From Setoptus koraiensis (Eukaryota; Animalia; Arthropoda): 64,000 bases of DNA. The notes under the pieces were generated by a model. The model was not told where the DNA came from and did no database searches. It was given only the letters and a program-made list of their open reading frames with translations. Position numbers and translations under genes: made by a program. The stretch is from assembly GCA_048013815.1 (NCBI GenBank), contig CM106586.1:7316001-7380000 (forward strand), written 5' to 3'. Shown here one piece after another: positions 55,818 through 64,000 of the stretch; the first letter of the stretch is position 1; every line of letters begins with the position of its first letter.

Positions 55818-57182
55818 ATGAAGAAAATCATGAGTCAAAGTGAGAGTCAGCCCATAGTGAAAAAGAAGAAAGTTAAACACGAGAAACCGTCCTATAGTTA
55901 CAACGCACTCATTATGATGGCCATCAAGTCGTCGCCACAGAAGAGATTGACATTGAACGGCATCTATGAGTACATCATAAGCAACTACCCATATTACAGA
56001 GACAACAAACAGGGCTGGCAAAACTCAATCAGACACAATCTGAGCCTAAACAAGTGCTTTGTAAAAGTGGCAAGACACTACGATGACCCAGGCAAGGGCA
56101 ACTACTGGATGTTGGATCCGTGCTCGTCAGAGGAAGTGTTTATTGGCGGCTCAACAGGTAAACTAAGAAGAAAGAACACATCGTCCTCGAGGAACAGGCT
56201 TGCGGCCGCATTTAGGCGCTCGCTGCTGGTCAACAGCCTCGGCTTTAACGGTCCCGTGGCAAAGGCCGCCGCTCAATTGGGCCAGCTGATACCCCCACCG
56301 CACATGCAAAAATTCCAAAATAATTATCATCATCAATCAGGCAATCACCCCATGATGGGCACCTCATCTCACCTAGCGGCCACGCCAGTGGTGGCACCAG
56401 CAGTTCAAGCGTCCATTGGCGTCGGATCGACAGCCCCGAGAAACACTACAAACGGTGCAACGCCAGCTAACGCACCAGCGCAACAGCATCAAAATGTTAT
56501 AGGCGCGCTCGCTAATTTACCAGCCACCAGACAACCGTTGCCACGCAACAACAATTTGGGCTCGTGCATACCTAGCTTGAATCATCACCACCAATCACAG
56601 TCACTGACTGGACAGCCTTTATCATTGTTTGGCCTGCCGTTAGTGTCACAACCGCAACCGCAACCACCACCGCAACAGCAACAACAACCACAAGCTGGCC
56701 AACAGCAGCAGCAGCCTATAAGTCTGCGACAGCAGCATCAGCTTCAGCAACAGCAATTTCTCAATGAATTGTTACAACACCATTTAAGACAACTGCAATT
56801 CCACCAACAGCACGCCAGCCACCACCACCAACAGCAACAACAACAACATCACCAGCACCACCATCAACAGCAACTGCAGTTGCAGCTACAGCTTCAATTG
56901 CAGCAGCATCATCAGCAGCAGCGCCAACAACAACTACAACAACACCAACAAGCTTTGAAGCACCACTACGCAATCAATACTAATGACAATGACAATGATG
57001 ATATCGCAATGAAACATCGCAACCAAAAAGTCCATTCACCGAACCGTCATCACGACGAGCACGACCAGGCGTCAAAAATCGAAATAGCAGCAACCAAATT
57101 AAACGAAGGTCAATCAAATGATAATAGGAAGGCCAGCACAACTAATAAATCATCATTTGCCATAGACAATTTACTTAGTTGA
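55818..57182 (+). CDS. FOXG: Forkhead transcription factor FoxG (sloppy-paired/FOXG1 class), 454 aa
   Basis: Forkhead domain [31 protein letters not shown]...[36 protein letters not shown], the FoxG-diagnostic [12 protein letters not shown], a Q/H-rich tract and a terminal eh1 motif FAIDNLL. The N-terminus may lack an upstream exon. Confidence 0.95.
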   Translation: MKKIMSQSESQPIVKKKKVKHEKPSYSYNALIMMAIKSSPQKRLTLNGIYEYIISNYPYYRDNKQGWQNSIRHNLSLNKCFVKVARHYDDPGKGNYWMLDPCSSEEVFIGGSTGKLRRKNTSSSRNRLAAAFRRSLLVNSLGFNGPVAKAAAQLGQLIPPPHMQKFQNNYHHQSGNHPMMGTSSHLAATPVVAPAVQASIGVGSTAPRNTTNGATPANAPAQQHQNVIGALANLPATRQPLPRNNNLGSCIPSLNHHHQSQSLTGQPLSLFGLPLVSQPQPQPPPQQQQQPQAGQQQQQPISLRQQHQLQQQQFLNELLQHHLRQLQFHQQHASHHHQQQQQQHHQHHHQQQLQLQLQLQLQQHHQQQRQQQLQQHQQALKHHYAINTNDNDNDDIAMKHRNQKVHSPNRHHDEHDQASKIEIAATKLNEGQSNDNRKASTTNKSSFAIDNLLS

Positions 57183-60100
57183 TCAACACACATACACACG
57201 CACACAGCTCGCTCTATTGAGCTCACTCATGATCGTGATTGCATCATTAAATGTTTGATGATGGTGGCCGGTGATGATGCCAAACGCCAAATGGCACACA
57301 ATGCATGTATTTCAATTGTAAAACATCATTATTAATCATAATTGTAAATATAAATATACATAAATATATATAAATACATGTTAATGCACACAGAGATGAT
57401 AGGATGTTTGTGAGTGTCAAATACACTAAGACTCGATAGTTTTTCATTCATTCATTTGTTCGTTGGCCGCAAATTTAAACCAATCTGTCGTATGACAATT
57501 TGAACTCTAATGACTTTATATACGATCGCATGATCATTTAAAACCGCCAGCTCATTGAGAGCATTGTTTCACTGGATGCGTTCGAGAGACAAGAGTAACG
57601 GACGTTTATAGGTTCGCTTGGCTTGTTATTCGCACACAAATGATACAATTAGTGTTGGCATATACACGTCATTGATTTGCTAGCAACAAGCGGTAATGGT
57701 GTGCGTCTGGGGTGCTCGAGAGGGCCACTTTTGCCAGCACAAAAAGACAACTCAAGCCGTTTCACTGAATCGACATCAAAAGCTGCCAGACACATTGTTG
57801 TCTGTTGTTTTCATGTTGAATCGTTGTATACAACGACAACAACAACAACGACGATTCTATCGATAGCATCGGGCTGTGTTTTTGATCGTCATCGTAAGTG
57901 GTTGATGTTACTTCCTTTTACAAAGTGTTTGCAGATCGTTTTACTAATGGGTGCTTATGATGATCTCATTATAGTACACAAATGGACAATAACATGTATC
58001 GCATCAACAACAACAAACAATGTTTTATGTTGCTGCTGTCATTCTCGTGTTCAGCTACGCCATGATGGCTGTTGACAAAAGCCACAACCAATTGGTGCAC
58101 GGATATATCTAACGCGATTGTTAGCGTGCTTCATCATGATGGTTCCATATATGGGCTATATGACGATTAGCAAAGCCATTTATCAGAAAGAGGAAGAGCA
58201 GCAATCTATATATATATTCAACGGCGGCTATTTGTATGCTGTTTGTTCCTGCTAATAGGGGCATGCGACCAAAATTCGCAGATGCTCCTATTGCAAATTG
58301 AGTCATTGCAGTAAAGAGAATAGCCGGCCAACGGATAGTGGCGGCGGCGCTATCGGAATATTCAAAATAGTATGACAATTGTCACTTTCTTTACCACAAC
58401 ACCACTGTCGTTGGACAACAATGACAGTTGATGCTCTCAAAGTTGAATCCCCCTATTGGTAGCTCGTGGCAGCTGAGCTGTTGATCAATTACGGCCAATG
58501 GTCAAGTACCGGCGCTTATGAGGCCGACGTTATGTGTTTAAAAGGCGGTTATCGTATCTCTGCGGCGTTAGGATTGTTCATTTCACAATGACAATTGGAA
58601 CGTTTCTATTAATAACCGCGCGTTGTTTTGCAGTGTGGTATATGGCAACACACTCACACATATCTGTTTAACAATTGTATATAGTTGTAATTTGACCGAC
58701 TCACTCTGTTCAGCAGGCCAAACTGACCACTGCCAACCATAACTGACATACACACAAACACCACGATATGCATGACCGTATCACGCGTTAACACCGACGA
58801 GATATGCGATACAACAACAACGGCATCAGTATCAACACCGGCAAACATGACAACAAACTAGCTCTGTCATCTTTGCTGCTTGACCATCATTAGCGTGCTC
58901 ACTCGGGTACATGTCCATGCCGACGCCTTTATGGATGCCGTTTGATCGCCCTCAACTGAGCCTTGTGACCGCCGGCAACAATGCTGGCTCTAGAAAGCAA
59001 ATCTATATTTTTGTCGTGACATCTAGTTGATATAGCTGTCACGACAAATGAATTTGCCGACCACGAAACATATACGAGCAAAGAGCAAAAGGGGCCAGCC
59101 GCGGCCACATCCAACAACAGAGTTGTGCTGTCACTGCTGACACTGTTGTCACCCCGTGCCGTTTCGGTCAGAAAATCAATTAGCTGCATTGGCCCACGTC
59201 GTCATGGCTGGCCGGTTAGGGCCCCAATTCTCAGGCTCCGTTGTAAGATCGGTTTTTGCCGAACGGATAGTTTGTTGGGGGATGGTTGCGCTGCCTCGAG
59301 TGGACAATTGCGAGATATTCTAAGAAAAAAAAATCCTTTTAAATCTGGCGCCGCTGCGCGCACTTTTCATTACCGGGCTCACCAGACGAACGTGGGCGAC
59401 TTGAAATTCGGTTGAGCGCCCTAAAAGCGCCTCTGTCCCATGGTGCCCGCATCGCATGCCGGAGAAATGGAAAAAGAATCGATATTATTTTATGTTTTTT
59501 ATTATTATTATTGGCATTATATAACAAATGGACGCAAGCATAACACTGCCATATCTGCAATTCTGCCAAATGTCGCGGCGGGTGATTGGGGAACACAAGC
59601 AAATGCCGCCTGTCCCCCGCCACGCCACAGTGAAGATCGAGAGAGAGAGAGAGCCTTGAGTAATTTGATAGTAATTCCGAAATTGTCCACTACCACCAAC
59701 TGTCCAACTGTAAACCTGGTCATGTGACTGCAATCAAGCCGTGTGATTGAAATGATGGCGCGCGATGAAGCCGCCGCCGCCGCGTGATCCACGACCGACG
59801 AAACGACAATCAGCAGCCGTCAAGTTTGCCAGCCGGCCGGCCGATATCAGGTGATGAATTTGCATTACAAAATATTGACACATGTGAACCTGTTGCTTTG
59901 TGTGTCGCTGTGTGTAGGACAGGTGAGCACAGGTACAACTTTGTATCAAACGCCAGCAAAACAATGATACCTGGATACCGGCGCAATGTGTACCGATCAG
60001 CAAATGGCAAACATTTAAACCTGACATCTATTGTGAACAGCATTTATGTGCCAGCCAACGTCCAACTGGCATGCAAGCAACACCAACTGACGGCTGCCCA

Positions 60101-63100
60101 GTATGACGCAAGAATTATTTCATAATTTAATAATCGTTGTGCAAGTGGATTAAGAATAAAGCCAATTTTTTTCCATTTTGTGCCCGCTGCCGCTAGTGCT
60201 GTTGCCGCTGCCGCCGCTCCATGCTGCCACGATGACCAGTGGTCATGGCGAATGGCCAGTTCACTCGAGTTGGTTAATGTGACTGGGAACACTTGTTTTG
60301 TTTGTTGTCAAACAGACGCGCAGTCAGCCAAACAGTGTGTTCACACCTGAGCTCCGACGATGGTGTCTCAAACACGACACAGTGCCAATAAGTTACCATT
60401 ACTGGGTGCCGTATGATGGACACGCCGACCTGGACCGGGATTTGCATCGTATGCAAATCACAAGCATAAACACGACGAGCTTGATATAGCGCGTTCTGGT
60501 AAACAGAGGGGAGAAAGTGAGTGACAGCAACCGAAAGAAGCACGGCATCAACACAAACCGACCGAATGATACAACAGAACCACTTTTTAAGGCCAGGCTG
60601 ATGGTGAACCGTGCGGCAGTGGAACCATTAGCACATATCACCCGATTTTCGGTCTGATGGAATAAAGCGGGGGAGCTTGAGATTTAGCCCACGATGATTA
60701 GCCATAGGAGATAATGTGTGTGCAAGTTGTTCTAATTGTTGCGCGGCGCAAGTGACCGTCCGCAACCAGTCATTATGTCATGGCGCCACTAATCTACAAA
60801 TGTGTGTGTGTTATCGTGGCGAGTCAAGCTGTTGGGTGGTCATCGGGCACCCAGGTCATCAACTCTGAAAACTCATACACCCACAATATATAATTAAGCG
60901 GCCAACTGTTGTTTGTAATTATTCAATTATCTAATAGACGTTTAACGGACAAACGTAGGCCATGTTTGCACCGGCACACATTGATGGCTTCAAGAACAGC
61001 ATGATGCAACATTTGCTTCAGGTAGCAGGTGCTCTCAGGTGAGCGGCTGTGGGCAATGTTATGAGGGGATTAGTGGACACACATACGCACATTGTGTTTG
61101 TACCTATAAATTTATTTGTAGTTGTTGCAACAACTGACAAACATTCTTGAGCGTTGTTCTCCACACACACAAACGCAGACAGTATCTAATGCGATTCTAT
61201 TCACCTGACAGATTACTCGATTGGTATTGGCACATGAAGAAAGAGTGGATGGAGCCAAGTGCAAAAAGAGAGATTACGGCCACGCCGAACTGGACCACCG
61301 AGACGCCGTTTGATTTACTGGCCCGGTCATTTGTATGTTTGTGTTAAACAACCAATTTATTGTAGTTGTTGTACATACATTAATGTAAAGTCGCACACAC
61401 AAACAACAACAACATCAACAGTTGCATTTATGTTATGTGTGCCGCTATGAGTCTCGAATATTACATATTTGGACTTGAGAATATGAAAACAAGTTCCTGT
61501 GTATCCTTTGGCCGTCGCATATCGAGAAAATGGAGAGAGAGAGAGAGAGAAAAAAAAACGAAACGCTAATGACACCTTATTCAAATCTCGCATCGTGTGG
61601 CCGGGCAAGAAACTTGCGCGACAAGCGGATTAAAATTGATATCATATCACCTGTATCACTGGTATCATAATGCAGCACATAAACATATTAATGTGGGCTT
61701 AATCTGTCTCGCTGAGTTCACCACCAGATCAAGCGCGATACACAAAGGCCACCGATCTAATGTATGGCTGTATTTTTGCTGCCACCAGACAGCCAGCAAG
61801 GGATCTGTCTAACCAATATAATGCATTATATATCAATATTATCGCGCCTCATTAATCAAGATTTTTCCCATCTGTCATGTGTGTTGCATTCGAGGGACAA
61901 AGTTTGTTAGTTGAGAAGCAAGCAACTAGTTTCAGCAACAGATAATATGTTGGTAATAGCATAAGCGTGCAGATTAGTATCAGCTGGACCAACACCGCAA
62001 CTGGCGGTGGTGGTGGTGAATAGCTTTATTGTTGCGTCCAACAACAAACCAAAACAATTTTTCCTAGTAATCCGAACACAGAGAATATGCCGATCTCAAA
62101 TGGAGCATTGGACTGGGTCCGCGCGATATCTCTCCGACAAAGAGAGGGCGCGATTGTAAGGTGAGTCTGACAAGATGCCCCTTGGCAGAATAGAGAGTCC
62201 CCTCACATTGGCGCATATGAACACAATACAATATTGCTCATAGGCACCGATTGTGTCACGTCCAGAGCCGCAAGTCATGCCATACGGCCATACTGTTGTA
62301 TAGGCTGATTAATTGATGGTTTGATCGACTGCGGCCAGAGATCTGATCAATTTGAAAGAAATTTGATGCTCCCGATGGATGGCACAGAGCGAGTCACCGC
62401 CATTGTGTGTTGCATGTCTTTATTATGTCATGATTAGTAGGCTAATGAAGCGCCTATCAGCGAAAAGCATCACACTGACAATGTTGTTTGGTGCCCTATG
62501 GGACAATTGTTGTGGTGGAATCATGTTTCATCGGATTGCAAAAAACTGGTCTGAGGTGTACCACCAATGGAGACACTTATCGGCGACAGGCAATCAAATG
62601 GCCAGCCATCGCCAAACAAATTGATGAGCGCTCACGAGGACATTCAATGGTAATAGAGATTTTATTTGTCGATTAAATAACAATGGACAATGTTTTGTTG
62701 CTGTTGCTGTTGTTGTTTTGCGCCATTCGTTTGCCTGTCGTATAACAACAATGTAACAGCCATAAATGTTTGCTTGGCTCGGGCCCAAGTGGCGCCAAAC
62801 AAACTTGACCAACATGTAGCAGACCCTTTTGATGTTTATGGGCTTCTCTAGAGTTCTCTACCTGGCCTGTGCAGGCTATCTATCTGTTTACAGCGACCTA
62901 TTTGACGAAATAGTAGTTACATCTACTGCCATTTGAAGCCAATGTTTGAATTCAATAGGCCCAACCGATAATGGATAAATAGCAAACTGACACCAAGATG
63001 AAATGGCCGCGATATACGCAGCACTACACAAGTAGCGAGTGAAATGGGCTCATAAATGTTCAAGGGGCAAATTGTTGTCTTCTTTAGTGATCTAGAATGA

Positions 63101-64000
63101 TGATGAAATCATCATTGAAGAAGACGTGTGACGCAAAAGAAGAGAAAGAGAGCGAAAACATATGTCATGGGGAAGATTGTGCAAGCCTTGTCACTTTCTT
63201 TATAAGAATGATCTAACTGACAACTAATTGTTTATTCTTCCCTTCTCTTGCACTCTGTTGTGTTTGTTCGTTGCTTCATGTTCGAAAATATTTGTTGCTG
63301 TTGTTTGTAACATTGAAAAACGAACCGATGAATAATCAATATTTGGCATTTAGATCAGACGAGGATCAGCTGGATGGACCAGGCGAAAAAGAGGAACATC
63401 AATATTCGCGAGAAAGGAGCAGATCTCTCTCCCTCTCTCTATTGGAGGGTAGACAAATAGCAGCGTTGTAACAAAAAATAACAACTACTACTCTAACTCA
63501 GCAAATTGCCACTAGGAAGGAAGAGGGCTTTAGCTGCAGCGCTGATACTCTGTTTATTGTCCGTATTGTGTGTTGGTTTTGTTTGTACGAAATTATGTAA
63601 ACGACGACGCAACAACAACAACAACAACAACGGCACAACAATAATAATAGCAGTGATAATCCCCACACACTCTAGTGAGAGAACATGAAGAAGCAACAAT
63701 AGAGTTGCGTAACAGTAGCCGACAAGAAACTATCCTATAATGGGAGAGAGGACACGGTACAGCAACAATGATGTCATAATTTTCTTCTAAGCTGCAACCA
63801 CCATCAGCTGATGAGTTATATAGAAGCGAGCACTCTGATTGATTATGTAGTTACGCTAGTTCTGGCAACAATTAATAATAGGCTATATTGTAAGTGTGAC
63901 ATGAGGCAAAAAGGACCAACAACTACCGAGCAAATGGGCTTACGTTCTTCCGACACTTTCAAACATTTCAAATCAATGGCTGCGTTTCTCTGATCTAACA

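Noticed and set aside
60418-61296. Two similar 19-mers (ggacacgccgacctggacc and ggccacgccgaactggacc) that could encode GHADLD/GHAELD
   Set aside because: 17/19 identity is within chance expectation for a 64-kb window, the flanking frames are short and there is no consistent exon structure.
1-64000. tRNA, rRNA, transposase or reverse-transcriptase genes
   Set aside because: No T-loop/cloverleaf, rRNA-like tract or TE protein motif was recognised by eye; a tRNAscan/Rfam/RepeatMasker run is still advisable.

Overview
Eukaryotic DNA from an arthropod, most likely a mite with intron-poor genes. This is inferred from an R&R cuticle gene, a chelicerate-type OBP-like protein and 2-5 kb uninterrupted CDSs. 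Gene order: an R&R chitin-binding, resilin-like cuticle gene (-, runs off the left edge, absent from the ORF track); about 15 kb of GC-rich non-coding DNA full of short tandem and inverted micro-duplications; FAM13-type RhoGAP (-); a gene-free stretch of about 12 kb; then a compact AT-rich cluster of CCDC47 (+), OBP-like secreted protein (+), SETD2 (-), eIF4A (+, 3 coding-region introns), an orphan zinc-finger ORF (-) and a 940-aa secreted beta-repeat protein (-); finally FoxG/sloppy-paired (+) and its non-coding 3' flank. Main discoveries: (1) an inverted partial copy of eIF4A (5' flank, exon 1 with an in-frame 120-nt deletion, intron 1, exon 2) can splice in frame onto the otherwise start-less signal peptide of the 940-aa ORF, giving a candidate chimeric gene of about 1020 aa; (2) eIF4A intron 3 holds a complete two-hairpin H/ACA snoRNA whose pockets match two peptidyl-transferase-centre uridines of 28S rRNA (SNORA21/snR10-type); (3) SETD2 is bracketed by a 76-bp direct repeat copied from the 3' end of the neighbouring OBP-like CDS; (4) FoxG carries an eh1 motif at its extreme C-terminus. 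I found no tRNA, rRNA, CRISPR array or transposase. Family assignments come from motif recognition by eye and need database confirmation.
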